In this document: one piece after another, positions 13,796-28,776 of the stretch
How the letters are laid out: each line of letters begins with the position of its first letter
How positions within the stretch are numbered: position 1 is the stretch's first letter
Assembly (NCBI RefSeq): GCF_030684315.1
Contig: NC_081372.1
Coordinates: forward strand, 26,758,095 to 26,822,094
DNA from: Stegostoma tigrinum
Lineage: Eukaryota
Reading direction: 5' to 3'
Length of the DNA stretch: 64,000 nucleotides
Translations under genes and position numbers: made by a program
Notes under the pieces: model-generated
The model's input: the letters and a program-made list of their open reading frames with translations, nothing else
Told to the model about the DNA's origin: nothing
Databases searched by the model: none

Positions 13796-14965
13796 TGTGA
13801 TCTATGTGGATTTCAGTAAGGCATTCAACAATGTTTATCATGATAAACTCGTTAGCAAGGTTAGATCGCACAGAATACAGGGAGAACTAGCTATTTGGAA
13901 ACAGAACTGGCTCAAAAAGTAGGAGAACAAAAAGGGCGGTGGTGGAGGGATACTTTTCAGGCTGTAGGCCTGTGACCAGTGACATGCCGCAAAAGGATCA
14001 GTGCTGGGTCCACTACTTTTTGTCATTTATATAAATCATTTGGATATGAACATAGGAGGTATGGTTAGTAAGTTGTAGATGATACTAAAATTGGAGGTGT
14101 AGCAGACAGTGAAAGTTACCTCAGAGTACAATGTGATCTTGATCAGATGGGTCAATGGGCTCAGCAGTGGCAGATGAAGTTTATTTTAGATAAATGTGAG
14201 GTGCTGCATTTTGGAACAACAAATCAGGGCAGTAGTTACACACTTAATAGTAAGGTCCTGGGGACTGCTGCTCAACAGAGACCTTGCAGTACAGGTTCAT
14301 AGTTCCTTAAAAGTGAGTTGATAAGGATAGTGAAGAAGGGTTTGGCACGTTTGCCTTTATTGGTCAGTGCATCGAGCATTGGAGCTAGGAGGTAACTTGG
14401 CTGTACAGGACATTGGTTCAGCCATTTTTGGAGTATCACATGCAATTCTGGTCTCCCTCCCTATGTGAAACTAGAAAGCGTTCGAAAAATATTTACAAGG
14501 ATGTTGTCAGGATTGGAGGGTTTAAGCTATAGGGACAGGCTGAATAGGCTGGGACTGTTTTCCCTGGAAAATCAGAGGCTGAGGGGCAACCTTACAGAAG
14601 CTTATAAAGTCATGAGGGGCAGGGGTAGGGTAAATAGGCAAGATCCACTCCCCAGGGTGGAGGAGTCCATAACAAGTAGGTATTGGTTTAAGGTGAAAGG
14701 GGAAAGATATGAGATCTAAGGGGCAACTTTTTCCCCACACAGAAGGTAGTGCATGCATAGAGTAAGCTGCCAGAAGAAGTGGAGGAGACAGGTACAATGA
14801 CAACATTTTAAAAAAGGTACCTGGATTGGTAAGTGAACAGAAAGACTTTAGCGGGATACATGGGCAAAATGCTGGCCAACGGGACTAGATTTATATAGGA
14901 TATCTGGTCAGCATGGATAGTTTGGACCAAAGATCTGTTTCTCTGCTGGATCTCTATGACTCTAA
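13795..14965 (+). mobile_element. CR1-type LINE 3' ~1.2 kb fragment
   Basis: DFSKAF, PQ.SVLGPLLFVIYIN, DDTKIGG remnants; ORF 14465-14719 RDRLNRLGLFSLE..RLRGNL; ends ctctatgactcta. Confidence 0.9.
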
Positions 14966-15710
14966 CTTTGAAATCAAGCCAGATAGGAGAACAGCAAGCT
15001 GGATAATGTTTGAATAGGACTTAGTACATTAAAACACATGCAGTGTATTGGATGAGCTCAAGGGAGGAGCCCCGACAGCAGAATAATCAAATTTGAAGTT
15101 AACGCAGATATGAAGGGGTAATTGACAGTACGCACCTCTAGAGAAAGGATGATGGTCAATGTTACTAAGGTGGTTACAGATAATCTTTTTGATGGTCCCT
15201 GAAGTCACCAGTAATTGAACAGGTACCCAGCAGCCTTTGTGCATCCACAAAAACGAGCTTGAGGTAGACAGGAAGTGGGAGGCCTGAATGTCCTAATTTT
15301 TCTGCTATGAGATCATTCAGGATTACAAAGGAATCCAAAGCAGTTATGTCAATTAGACAATCTGATTGAATTATGATCCATAATGAAAAAGCAGGAGACT
15401 ATTTGGCAATAGACAACTCTTCTTTGACAGTGCATATAAAAGGATAACAATGCCCACATTACGTTGTGAAGCGGCTTTCTTTAAACTGAAAATCCCCTCT
15501 TGCCTGATAGACAAAATTTCAGAAGAATCAAGTCATCAAGCCTGGTAGAAGTAGATGCAAGCTGCAAGAGTGAACATAGTGGATACGATCTTCAAAAACA
15601 AGCACACAGAACAAAGCGTGTCAAATATTGTGAAGCAATTGAAGTAAATATACTTGTACAAAGTCCTGCACACCTTCCTTGGGAAGGATAATAATCACCA
15701 CTGAACTCTA

Positions 15711-15998
<288 letters not shown>

Positions 15999-17722
15999 TC
16001 AACTTTCAAAAAGTGTCAGGATTGCTTATTGCATTTTATTTATAGAAATGATGCTCAACTGACTTCAGATTTAATCTTAAACTTGGCAATTGCCGATTAA
16101 TAGCATGCATCCTTGTGTCAGAGTACATTTTCTCACTTCACTAGATCTTTGAGCCTCAATCACATACACTTCATTCTCCGAGCAAAAGGTAATAACAGCA
16201 ATTTTTTGGCAGTTTTTCTCCCCAACTCCTTGGCTATTTTCCAGGAAAAATTGACACAGCAATCTCCCAGCTAAGTACATACCTACAGCTGACCAACAGT
16301 GTCTGATTCATATCTTTACACACACATTTTCTCTCTTTGGAGGAACAGCAGTGACAAGTTGGAAAGATTTTTAATTTTAAAACATTCTGCCCGAAAACAG
16401 GTCAACCATGGGTAGGCCAAGGAGGAAGGTCCAGAAGCCATCCCAACTGCAACAGGGATCAAATCCAATCCCATTAGCACCAAACTGATTGACATTGGTA
16501 GTCTAGGCAACTGAGACAAACTGTCCCCCAATGGGTCAAAATTGCTGTGGCAACATACACTTCTATACAAATACTGTAGATTAGAACTAAGAACAGTGTT
16601 GATGGTAGAGACACAATGCCAGACAGTCCATCCAGTTCTATCTCTTTAGGTGAGACTTCCTAGCCATTGATAAAATGGCTGAGCAAGCCACTCTCAATTG
16701 TAAGAGGGCAGTTAAGAGTCCCCTGAAGGACATTTGTGATGGTTTTTCCAACAGATCGACAGCAGATTCAAGGTCATCAGCAGATTCTTCATTTCAGACT
16801 CTCACCACTCGGTATTTCCAAATTGATTTACAAAAGACACTCAAATTTTAACCACCACCACATAGGTGGATTTTATTAAAAACAGAGAAACAGCAAGTAA
16901 CTAACATGTATTATTTGGTATTGACGCTTCCCCCCACCCCACTAAGACTTCATTGCAATTAACTTTCATAAATTTCCTCTAAAAATACTCATTATCCAAT
17001 ACTTATGAAAGAAATCATTTGTATATAACAGTTTATGAAGCAAGCCAGTCAAATAATTATTTATGTCTTTAAGATTGAGTGACAATGTGGTCAAGACACT
17101 GGGAGAATTCCCATCCTTGAAATCACTTCACTGAATTTGGGAACTGTGTGTAATAGCTCATAAAAGGAGGACAGCACCATCAAGAATGTAGCACTTCCTT
17201 ACTATTATTTTATGATGTCTGTCTGAATTAGGCCTATAGGTGAGACTTAATGCTAGGGATTTCTAATTGAAAAAGGAGAATGCTGTCACTGACCCAAAAG
17301 TTAGGCTTTTTTTTTGTTTCACGTTCTGCGCAGGGAACTATTATATGGGTGTTGCAAAACAGTGTTAAAAGCAAATATAAGAACTCTTTAGTTCAAATTT
17401 CTGAGCAATGGCCATTGCTGTAATTCTGTGCTTGACACAGAACCATGCATGATTATCCTTGAAGCGCTGAACCTTAGAAAAATTCAACTCCAGATCTTGA
17501 CCCTGAATTCCAGGATAACATACTTACTTCCATTTCATTCTGGGAGTCAGTGACTGACAGTAAAGCAGCAAATACTCTTGGTATTTATGGTGATCAAACA
17601 CTCATGCTGTCATAAAGCAGAAGCCACCTTATGCTCCAGCCTATTACAAGAATCTCAGAAACACTACAGGAACAATATTGGTTTTTGCCTTCAGCTGAGA
17701 TTCTTGCTTGGAGTCTCCTTTA

Positions 17723-17989
<267 letters not shown>

Positions 17990-18242
17990 CTAAGGGGCCA
18001 CCCATTTAAGACAGATGAGGAGACACTTTCTTCGAGGACCATAATGCTTCAAAACACCGCTTGGTGAAAGCAGAGGTTTGAATGTATTTTACAGCCGAGT
18101 AGATAGAGTCTCAATAAGCAAGGACTGAAAGGTTATTGGGGGTCACAGATGTAGATAAGTTGACCTTATTGGATAACAGAGCAGATTCAAAGGGTCGAGT
18201 GACCTATTTCTGCTAATAATGTGTGTGTTTGTGTAATGTTCT

Positions 18243-18592
18243 TATCCAGTCATGGGATCACTAATTAGGCCACCATTGGTTGCCAATTCCCAATTGTCAA
18301 GAGGTGAGTTCAGAGTCAACCACAATACTGTGGGTCCAGTGTCACAAGTGCGACAAATCAGGCAAAGAGAACTGATTTCCTTCCCCAAAAGGGATATTAG
18401 TGAACGAAATGGCTTTTTTTGAAACAATCAAGAGTGATTACATCCTCATTTTTAGGCTAGCTTTTATTCCAGCTTTTTTAAAAGAATATAAAAGTTTCAC
18501 CATCTTCCATGGTGGGATTTGAACCCACATGCCCCAGTATTAGCCTGCAGTTTTGGATTACTGAACCCAATGACATCACAAGAATGTCACCA
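18243..18592 (-). mobile_element. Deu-domain (SacSINE1/AmnSINE-like) tRNA SINE
   Basis: Reverse complement resembles 63489-63795: B box gggttcaaatccc, accatgg.agatggtg.aa.tt, gttcactaat.tccctt, aatgtggttgactct.aact. Confidence 0.65.
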
Positions 18593-18715
18593 CTTTGCTT
18601 CTAATAAGAGGATCTAAACTTGGACAAAGACCTGTAGCTGCAGGTTTTATTTCTGTTGGATGTTTACATTGTCAGTATGACAATCTTTCATATAGCCCAT
18701 GCACTCGTACTAAGT

Positions 18716-18955
18716 AAAAATTGAAAGAACTGCGGATGCTGTAAATCAGGAACCAAAACAGAAGTTGCTGGAAAAGTTCAGCAGGTCTGACAGCATCTGT
18801 GAAGAAAAAAAATTAGAGCTAAATGTTTTGTGCCCAGTGACACTTCCTTAGGACAGGACACTGGAGGGATGGCCACCAGGCCCGAATTGTTAACTCAGAC
18901 TTTTTTCTTCGCAGATGCTGCCAGACCTGCTGAGCTTTGCCAGCAATTTCTGCTC
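18716..18955. mobile_element. Palindromic pLTR derivative, second Penelope family
   Basis: gttgctggaaaagttcagcaggtctgacagcatctgtgaaga ... tcttcgcagatgctgccagacctgctgagctttgccagcaat inverted arms with degenerate hammerhead-like centre. Confidence 0.8.
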
Positions 18956-19934
18956 TTACGTTAAGTAGTTTGGACAACATGCTATTTCCTTCTTCCATCA
19001 GAATATGCATTATCTCTTCACACAGGTCTCACCTCCTACAAATATGATACAGGTCTATTATGCTGCTTGGAAAGTGCCACATCTTTGAGGTAGCATGCCG
19101 TGAATATTAGAAACTAGCCAGTATCTTCCTGGGTACCTTACAATAAACATTTAATAGGAATAGGTGCGTGCCACCATATATTGCACAACTCATTAATCTA
19201 CCGATACAACATGATCCATTTTCAGGCTACAAAGGTATTCCATTAGACTGCAATCATGACATGAGTGCTCAGGTCAAGTATTGCAGATTAGAGCCATTGA
19301 TTGTATATATAGGGATGTCAATGAAAAGGCAGATACTCTGGATCCGTTATTGAGTGTGATGGAGAAATTTGAGCAAGTCCTGACAGCAGTTTTAGGCGTG
19401 AGTAGTCACCTGCAATAACGTCGGACATTTTAGCAGTAACATAGTCATGGGTTCTGACAGGAGATAACCCAAGACTAAACACCACATCTTTGCTTGGGGC
19501 ATGTATCCCACAAGACAAGAAACTCTGGTATTCAAAATTGGTTTGTTTTCTGATCAACAGGAGCAGAACAAGTAATTCTGCTTACTCTGGGGAAAAGACC
19601 TCATTCAGTATTGTTAAAAACATAACACAATAGGTTAGGCCCAGTACAGCATTTACCTTGCTTGGCTTTACCTTCAACTTGGCTCCTCTTTTGAACATCA
19701 TAAACACCATCAGAGCAGAAAATTTAAATGTTTGGTTGACAGGTATGAGTTGGGCCAAAGCGTCTATTTCCATCCTGTATAGTTCTATGATGCTCTGACT
19801 TATTTAATTTGTTTCATGCTTACACTGAAGCAATGATTGATGAAGGAATTTCAAATAAATAGCTGGCACACAAGGACTCCACAACATGAGGTGTTAGGGT
19901 GTACAGCACCCTTCTAGAATGTGACAATACTCAC

Positions 19935-20084
19935 TTTTATAATGGTTGACCAGGTTGTTTAAAGTGGTGAATGTTATCCGAGGGGAGATGTAGAAGCCAC
20001 CGTTGTCCAGGGTACGTATTTTGTAATGTTTTACTGTGTCACCCAACGAATGATCATAATCTCGAACAGAGAGGGAATAGCTAC
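19935..20084 (-). CDS. HCK: HCK coding exon 6 (150 nt), SH2: (G)[49 protein letters not shown]
   Basis: [22 protein letters not shown] is HCK-type; aatttag acceptor, AAA|gtgagt donor; phase 1-1. Confidence 0.95.
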
Positions 20085-20402
20085 CTAAATTACAAACAAG
20101 AAAGGAAGATTTCAAACATACAAATACATATCACTCTCACAATCAAAGTCTTTTTAAAAGAAGTTTTACTATTTAATTATTCCCATGAAATTTAAAAACA
20201 TGGAGCTGAACATCACATGCTCCCACTAGGTGTTTTCACCATGCAAAATAAGGAGGGTGCCCAGTAAGCCATCTTGCTACCCATTCCTGAGCTCACACCA
20301 TAACTGGGGGGGGGGGGGGGGGGGGGAGAAAGAGAGACGGAAGAAGAAAGAAAGAGAATCGGTACTGAAAAGGACAGCCCATTTTATAGGATCTTCTTTT
20401 GA

Positions 20403-20708
20403 AGAATCCCTAGAGTGCAGGAACAGGCCATTCAGCCTAACAAGTTCACATCATCTCTTCGAAGAGCATCCCGCCCACCACCCCACCCCAAAGATCCACC
20501 TAGCCTACACTTCCTGTAGGGCAATCTAGCTCGGCTGATCAATCTACCCAATAGGTCTTTGGACGGTGGAGGAACGCCAGAAGGCCTGGATGCAACCAAC
20601 GCGGGTAGGGGCGCGCGCGTACGAATGCCACATAGTCAACGAAGGCTGGAATTGAACACAAGGTTCCTGTCAGGCAGCAGTGCAAACCACTGAGTCAGGG
20701 TGCCGCCC
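20403..20708 (-). mobile_element. HE1/V-type tRNA SINE, degenerate
   Basis: Reverse complement of the 41685-42006 element (cagcagtgc.aaccactgag.c...gtgccgccc head). Confidence 0.8.
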
Positions 20709-21149
20709 CTCCTGTCAGCCCATCTATTAAATTAAAATAAAAAAATAAAAATTAAAATCAACTGAGCTCACTTGATGCCAGTATCACCCTGTCAAATGCC
20801 ATAATAATAGTTGGCGTGGACAGACAGGCAGTCTTTTATATTCTATGAATTAAAAAGCGTGGGGCAAACAGGAGGTACTAGCTTCAGAGATTGCCCTTCC
20901 CAAGATGGAAGTAACTCCTCCTTTCCTCCCTTTAGGGTACTTAAAGCCAACCCCCTTTAATTCCTTTGCTCCAAGGTGGCCAGTCTCACCTGGGTCTGGG
21001 ATCCCTGCAGCCTTCATCTTGGGAAGAGTTGCTGTCCCAGCGACAGCATCTCTAGAGCTCTGGTGCTGCCAGGCTGTTGGAGATATCGACCAGATTTGAT
21101 GGTAGCTCCAGAAGTTGGGAGCTCCTGCCACTGAGGGGAAGAAGTCCCA

Positions 21150-21680
21150 CTACAGAAACAAATGTTGAAACTAGGAGCAGAGGTAGGCCACTTGGCCCTT
21201 TGAGCCGGCTCCATGTTTCAATATGATCATGGCTCATCATCCAGCTCCCTCCCTACACTCTTTGCTGTCTTTAGCCCCAAGAACTATAGCTCAGTCCTTC
21301 TTGAAACTATTTAAATGTCTTGGCCTCAAACATTTTCTGTGGAAGAGATTTACCAGATCCACTATTCACTGAAGAGTTTTCTCCCCACTTCTAAATGGCC
21401 TACCCTATATCCTGAGACAGAGCACTCTGGTTCTAGACTCTCTAGGGTTTGGGAACATCCTTCCTACATGTATCCTGTCTGGTGCTGTTAGAATTTTCCA
21501 GGTTCAGACAAGATACCCTCCTAATTTTTCTAAAATCGACTGATTACAGTCCTCATGGTTCCTGTCTGTCATCATATATCAGTCCTGCCATCCCAGGAAT
21601 CAGTCTGGGAAATATTCATCAAACCCGTTCCATAGCTAGATCATCCCTCTTCAGATAAGGACGGCCCCAAGCTGCACTCA
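21150..21680 (-). mobile_element. CR1-type LINE 3' fragment
   Basis: taggagcagaggtaggccacttggcccttt 3' UTR; minus strand carries RTG...NIS.LIPGMAGL.YD.R degenerate CR1 C-terminus. Confidence 0.7.
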
Positions 21681-22059
21681 ATCCTTAAGGTATTATTGAC
21701 TAATTTAGCTCACCCACAGCATGCTGTGGTTGTTAGTCAGCTTATTTTAAAGGTCTGTCAGCCAACCTTTTGTCTAGGGGATGGAATGACCTGTGCCCCT
21801 CAATCTTCTGCCATTAACTCCATGTATTTCTGTTCTGTGAGCATATGCGTACCAAATCAAGGACAGAAAGATAATAGGCAGTGCATACTGATAAAATGTT
21901 TTGCATTTTATTCAAAATTATAATATATTATATTGCATCGTATTCAAAAGTTCTTGTGTGGCAAAAGGAAATTTGGAAGAAATCTTTTTCCTGTCATAAT
22001 ACAACAAAAATTGTATGGTACACTAATAGTGTAAAGGGCCCCAAACAGTTTATTTGTTA

Positions 22060-22218
<159 letters not shown>

Positions 22219-22843
22219 AAGGAAGAACTTTGATTTCTATTGCTCTTTCTTGAACTTCTCAGTATATCTGAAAGTACTTAAAATGTAACTAATTGATTAA
22301 TAATATCAGCAATCACATCGGTTAACTTTTTTTAGATCAGGAAAGCGTTTTTATATTCAGCCAAACTGATAAAAGGAAACCTTGGTTTAAAATCTTACCT
22401 GAAGTGGGATTCTCCTAATACAGAAGGTGATCAGTGTTATTTCAAAAAGTGTCAGTCTTGGAGTGGATTTCTAATTCAGAGGTAAGCGCACTCATTTGGT
22501 ATAAATTCTGTTATTTCATTTTGCTTGAGTTACAAAGATTCTTCAGTAAAATATCACATTTAAATATTCAAGCGGCAGTATGGTGTGGGTGCAAAATCAT
22601 TTTGTAGAAGGAGAAGGGCAGTCATTTTTAAAGGGTGTAGCTAACATCAATGAAAAGTTTATCTGGTGCTGTTTACAGTTCCACTGTGGACACATGATGC
22701 CACTATCACCTACACGTAAAGCATGGATTCAACTAAACCATAAAACACCATTCCTGAAATGGTATCAAAAGAGTAAACAGAGAGCCCATAAAAACTATCC
22801 CCATTTACATATGGCTACAAATGTTAACATTCTACAGTACTCA

Positions 22844-22951
<108 letters not shown>

Positions 22952-23430
22952 TTAAAAGACACAAGAAGAATTTCATTACCTTTGCTTGTTGCAACAGCAG
23001 TGGGAGATTTATAGATCAACAATGTACAAAAATGGCAAAAAAATTCATAAAATGTTCGATGTATTGTTTACATGGTCTCCCAAATGGGTAAAAATTGTCA
23101 ACATATCTCCAAGCATCAAGTCTGCTTGTGATACTCACACTATTGATCAACATTACATAAATGTTCTCGAACCAAAAAGGCAAGTTAGTAATTTTGGATA
23201 AACACAACATCAAATCGCCTTTTATTTCTGTATAAATAAACATTCATTCAAAGATCGGTGGCAAGGTTCCTCAAGTTCTATTCTAATATATTCAAAGTTA
23301 TTTTAGTAAGTTAATGGATTGTTATACTGTGGTATCTATTACTTAGGATTGTTACTGTAATTGCTCACAGCCTGTTTCCCATACCATTCAAATGTTGTTA
23401 AGATATGACAAATCAGTAAACCCCTACTTA

Positions 23431-23550
<120 letters not shown>

Positions 23551-23714
23551 TTAATTGGAACAATTAGCTCACAGGTAAGAGTATGAATCACATTATCCAA
23601 TACTCGCCCACTTTTCAACTAGCATTTAGAGAGACTAATTATGGGAATCCTTCTCTTCTGGCTTATGGAATCCCAACATCACCTATATTTTTTGCAAATG
23701 GCAGGATTGGATTA

Positions 23715-23787
23715 GAGAGACGTCAGATTCCTGCTCCTAAGATGCTGCTTGACCTGCTGTGTTTATCGAGCTCCACACATTGTTATA
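23715..23787 (+). mobile_element. Very short (73 bp) Penelope pLTR fragment with 14-bp TSD
   Basis: acgtcagattcctgctcctaagatgctgcttgacctgctgtg...; TSD gcaggattggatta at 23701-23714 and 23788-23801. Confidence 0.85.
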
Positions 23788-25030
23788 GCAGGATTGGATT
23801 ATTTGTTCGGATGGGATGTGTTCCTGGTGTTTGCAAGGTCAAAAAAATCTGCTGTCAAATGAAGGATGAAGGTCATTCTAGGACAAAAGAAAAAAAAAAT
23901 CCCAAAGCAAATCAGGTTCCATCTCCACTTGTCACAGAAGCTTGAAATGGTGAAATAAGTTTACTCTTCAAGGTGGTTTAAATTTGTGCCTGTTCTCAGT
24001 TCACGGGGATTTTCAAAATTTTTTTCAGACCCACAGTCAACTTGATATTTGGTAATCTGCCAACAGGAATGGAACAAAACATGGGCAAATCACTGACATT
24101 TTAAATGCAGCTTAGCATGCAACTAAACAGCTGAGAGGCACTCAACAAACTTGTATTTCCTTCTCACAAAATGAAGCACATTGATGCAGGAAAGGAGTAT
24201 TTTAAATAGCTGCAGATTTAAAAAGAAAAATTATCAATTTCAGGTTAGCTTATATAACAGCATCTCACATATACATATTCAGAATACAATTTAAAAATAC
24301 ATCATTGTTTCATGGAGCTCTCTAAATAATATTAGGTGCCAGGCAAACAAAGCCACACTTGCAACAAAAAGGTGACTGAATTTATTATGAACGCCATTAC
24401 CAGGCTCCATAAAGAGTTTGTCATAATGCAATGTCACAGAAATAATTGTAAGAAATATTACAAATGTGGATAATGGTGGTGAGTGCAGGGACGGGTAGCA
24501 AGTGAATGGCAGCTGCAGAGCTACACACTTACAGCTTCCTTGGTCCCCAGCCTCGGTCCAACTCCAGCCAGGGCTCCAGCCTCCACCTCACCCCCTTAAC
24601 CATTCCCGCTTCCTCCCTCCCCCAGCAGTGGCACATGTTAAGATGATGCTCTTGCTCATCATTGCTGCACATGCAGATGTTTCCTGTGACCTATCCCACC
24701 ACAGCCAAAGGATGTTACTGGTGTGTCTGCACACGTAGCAATCACCATATTGCATTTGGTATAATCCCTCTGGCAAATAAAAAGAATGCACTGCAGTGCG
24801 GCAGCATCAAATGGGGCTTTTAAACATTAACTAAAATAATACTCTAACCAGTTTGGTGTTAGCCTATCAACATATTTCCCCACATTGGTGCATTTTTACA
24901 TCTTGAATGGAACACTAAGAACCCGACATGGTGAATACTTGGTACACTATTCTAGTGACAAAGTGGAACAGTTGATAGCTGAAATCAAACATTTTGCAGA
25001 CGTGACTGAAAAAAAGATTTCCATACATAC

Positions 25031-25070
25031 CTCCCAAAGACAAGTGTGCAGATGGAAAGCTATTTGCGTT
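25031..25070 (-). CDS. HCK: HCK coding exon 2 (40 nt), unique region: NANSFPSAHLSLG(G)
   Basis: Only open segment I found between 23.5 and 28.8 kb with a good acceptor (ttttttttaatttag), a donor (GAG|gtatgt) and the required phase 0 to 1; size resembles the short unique-domain exon of HCK/LYN. No protein homology support. Confidence 0.75.
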
Positions 25071-25759
25071 CTAAATTAAAAAAAAACCAATACATAAATA
25101 TTCTAGTGAATATGTACAAGATTCATTTTCAAAGAAATATTTTTCTTCGAATAAGGTGGGGCTGTACAATAAAAGCTGAAGACTGTACCTCTTTAGCTTG
25201 TGGCATTTTAATTGAATCAGGCTTGCCATAGATTTACTTCAGACAGAAAGGAGTAAAGGTAAAACTGGGACCTGAAGGTTTGGCTAAGACATAAAATCAG
25301 CTCAAGAAAAAGTGAATATATGACCAAAAGAGCAATGTGGTAAGGAGGAGATCTCTTTCATGGCACAGTGGCACTGTTCTGGGCCAGCAAAAAGCTCAGT
25401 CCTGCAAAACTTGTGGGGGTACAATTAAAGCACGACAAAAAATAAGAAATGATAAATAGAATTGTAAAAGTGACTAAAATCTAGTAAAAAGTGGGAGGCA
25501 GGGGAATGATTCATACACAGATAATAAAAGAAGGGGGAAAACAACATTAAACAAAAAGAGGAAAGCTCAGGGTCCAAACAGAGGTAAACATAATCATGAA
25601 AACGTTAAAGGAATTGAAAGGAAGAAATAAAGCAGAATAACGAAAAAAAAAATTTGGAACATGATGGTTAAATTCAGTCATGCACACTTTGCTTCCGGAT
25701 AGCTTTGTCACCCCCTGCACAAAAAGCAAAGGTCCATGAAGCACCATAATTGGCAAGGA

Positions 25760-26970
25760 CAATGCTGAGGGTTTTTTTTTCCTCACTGGGGAGTCTGGAA
25801 CCAGGGGACACTGTTTAAAAATAAGGGGTGTCTCATTTAAATGAAGACAAGGTTGTTTCATCGGCTTTACAGGCTCGTTATTCTTCGATATTCTCATCCT
25901 CAACTAAGCCGTAGAAATTGAATCCTTGAATATATACACTCAAGGTGGATTAGCCTCAAATCAAAATCTGTCAAGAGCTATAGGGCCCATCAGGCAAGTT
26001 GGGAAGCAAGGCCACATTGAGATCAACCATGGCCTTATTTAATGATGGAACAGCCTCACAGAGCCACATGACTTACCCCTCCCTCACTTGGGTACTGAGA
26101 GCAGATTTGGACATCACACCTTAGGAAAGGTGCATTGGCCTTGGTGGGAGTAGATGTAAGTTTACAAGAATAATAGTGTAACTCCTGAAGTCCAGGTATA
26201 AAGGACAGATTACATTAAGCCTGTTTTCCTGAGAATTTAGGAAAATTGAAGGAGTGATTTGATCAAAAAGTGGTCAAGATATTAACAGAAAAAGACAGGG
26301 CAGATAAAAATAAACCACTTCTACTTGCAAATTCTGGAATGGGGAGGGGGGGGCTTACTACTTAAAAAACAAATAAATTAGCGCCAGACTGTTCAGCAAA
26401 AGATGTCAGGAAGCATTTCTACACACACCAGGTGGCAGAAATTTGGAACTCTCTTCCACAAATGGTGGTTCATAGAATTTCACAGAATAGAATTCATAGA
26501 ACCCCTACATGGAGACGGGAACTTCAGCCCAACAAGTCCACACTGACCAACAGGGCATCTCACCCAGACACTTCCCTCTATAGCCCACCTAATCTACACA
26601 TCACTGAACACCATGGGCAATGTGGCACGGTCATCTAGCCTGCACATCTTTGGTCTGTGGGAGGGAACCCATGCAGACATGGGGAGAATGTGCAAACTCC
26701 ACACAGGCAGTCGCCCAACAGTGAAATTGAACCCAGGACCCTGGCACTGTGAGGCAGCAGTGCTAACCACTGAGCCACCGTGCAGCTCCAATAGTTGATG
26801 CTAGATCAGCTGGTAGTTTTAAATTGGAGATAGCCTTGTTTAACAAAAAAAAGGCTATCAAGAGATGTGGGCCAAAAGCAGGTATATGGAGTTAGGCTAC
26901 AGATCAGTCTCGATCTCATTAAGAGATGGAACAGGCTCAAAGGGCTGAATGGCCTATTCTGTTTTTTATT
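25760..26970 (+). mobile_element. Two old CR1 3' fragments, the second split by an HE1 SINE
   Basis: ggggagtctggaaccaggggaca..tttaaaaataagggg; gatgtcaggaagcatttctacac...tggaactctcttccaca; ending gggctgaatggcctattct. Confidence 0.6.
26471..26786 (-). mobile_element. HE1/V-type tRNA SINE
   Basis: Reverse complement head gcacggtggctcagtggttagcactgctgcctcacag, V-domain gtgtggagtttgcacattctcccc, (CATAGAAT) tail. Confidence 0.88.
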
Positions 26971-28776
26971 CTACTATTTCTTATTTTGTTATGGATAAAG
27001 GGTGGATGCTGCTTCAGGTAAGCAATCCAGCAAATTAACTGGGAGCTGCAGAACTGCTGTCTGTTGTGGCAGAAGTGGGACATCAGAGGCATGGAGTTTT
27101 GGGTCAGGGATTTCAGGCCAGGGGAAGCAGTAATTATGATGAGTGTGCCTTTTGTAATGTAATCGTATTGGTCCTGAGGTATCCAATCCCAACATTAACT
27201 GCCTCAGGACCTTATAGGGAACAGGGGCAGATGTTAGGCTCTTTCATTCAAGATTGAAAAAGGAGAGCTCATTTGTTTACCCATGCTCAATATGAAAAGA
27301 CAGCACATGCTATTAAGAAATGTGCTCATCCTTTCTTCCTATCATCTGGGGTCGAGAGGATACAGAATACCTAAAAAGCATTACATAGCCCAACTTACTC
27401 TTCACTAAATTACTAGCATAGCCATGCACAGAGCATTAGTAACAGGAAAAAAAAACATGCATTGTGAGGAAATGGTTATAATTGCAGACAGAAAAAGGGG
27501 TAAATATCATAATTATGAAACATTAGGGAAGGGGATGGTTGTGAGATTAATACATTTTCAAATTAGCATACAGTGGCCATGAGGGGAGATATAAACAAAA
27601 TTCATCTTTCTTAATACTTATAAAAAGTATAAATTTTCATCTTTGTAAGCAGCACAAAAATCAAATTTAACATCAGAATTCTGCATTTATACATTTAACA
27701 AAATACAACATCCTAAGACATCATACCATACCATAAAATTAGACAAACAACTACAAAAAAAAGACAGACAGACAGTCATATGACAAAAAAGGTTGTTTAA
27801 AATAGAAGATATTTACTTTTGTTTCCTTAAAATAAATGTTGAGGCTTAGGGAAGCAATTTGAGAGAGTTTGGAAATCAGGGAGTCTGACAAGATGGCTAC
27901 CCTTGTGGGTGTGATTCATGTCATGAATACACAAAGGTATTAGCATTAGATGACTGCAGTGATTGAGGGTGCATTTTAGAACTGGGGCAAGGCCATGGAG
28001 AGATTTAAGAGAAAGATGAGCATTTTAAATTTAAGATGTTGTATAATCAGAAGCCAACATGGCACAATATTAGAGTCGTACCTCTACTTTTTGGATTTTG
28101 CATTTCTTGAGGAGGGCATCATACTCTGATCTTATTTGATTGGCTCTCTTCACCCCTCCTCCCCCCATCAAGATTCACTTGTCAATAATCAGGAATGGAG
28201 CATACTACTTTCTTCTCCTGGGCCCACAGAACAGGGTCCAGCATCATTATTATAGCTGAGATTTGCAATCTGGCTGTGAATCAAAACTGAGGCTTTCTGA
28301 ACTCCACGGTTTGTTGTTGTTGAGGGGGAACGGTTTCAGCAATTCCTGAACCCTGCTAGCTGCAAGCACTAACTTTATTCTAACTGTAAATGAGTTATCA
28401 GAACACGCCCTTTCATTAGGTCTGACTGGACACAAGTGCATATGGCTTCCTTCCATATCAGACTGTTAGTTAATTCTGCCGAGACTTAGTGTAATGGAAT
28501 GTCTTAGCCAATGTAAAATTGGTCTCATTATTTGTTTTATCCATGAGGAACTTAGCATTTAAAATACCTTAAGTGAAACATGTTGCTTAAACTGTGTTTC
28601 GTTGTCATTCTGTTTGCAATCACATTGTGACCATCTTCATTCAATATAGATATCTACCAGAAAGGGCTACTTCTGTAGTATTGCCATTTGTTAACCATTA
28701 ACAAAAAGTTTCCTGCAAGCATTATGCATAGGCTAGTATTTTCAGAAAAATTACTTTCAACTTTATTTTTACTTAC

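Noticed and set aside
23830-23900. Strong minus-strand acceptor ttttttttcttttgtcctag as the unique-domain exon
   Set aside because: Frame 0 reaches TGA after 12 codons and no suitable donor follows; 25031-25070 fits instead.
27393-27410. Possible 6-nt micro-exon tttag|TGAAGA|gtaagt
   Set aside because: It would insert a stop in the required phase and has no pyrimidine tract.
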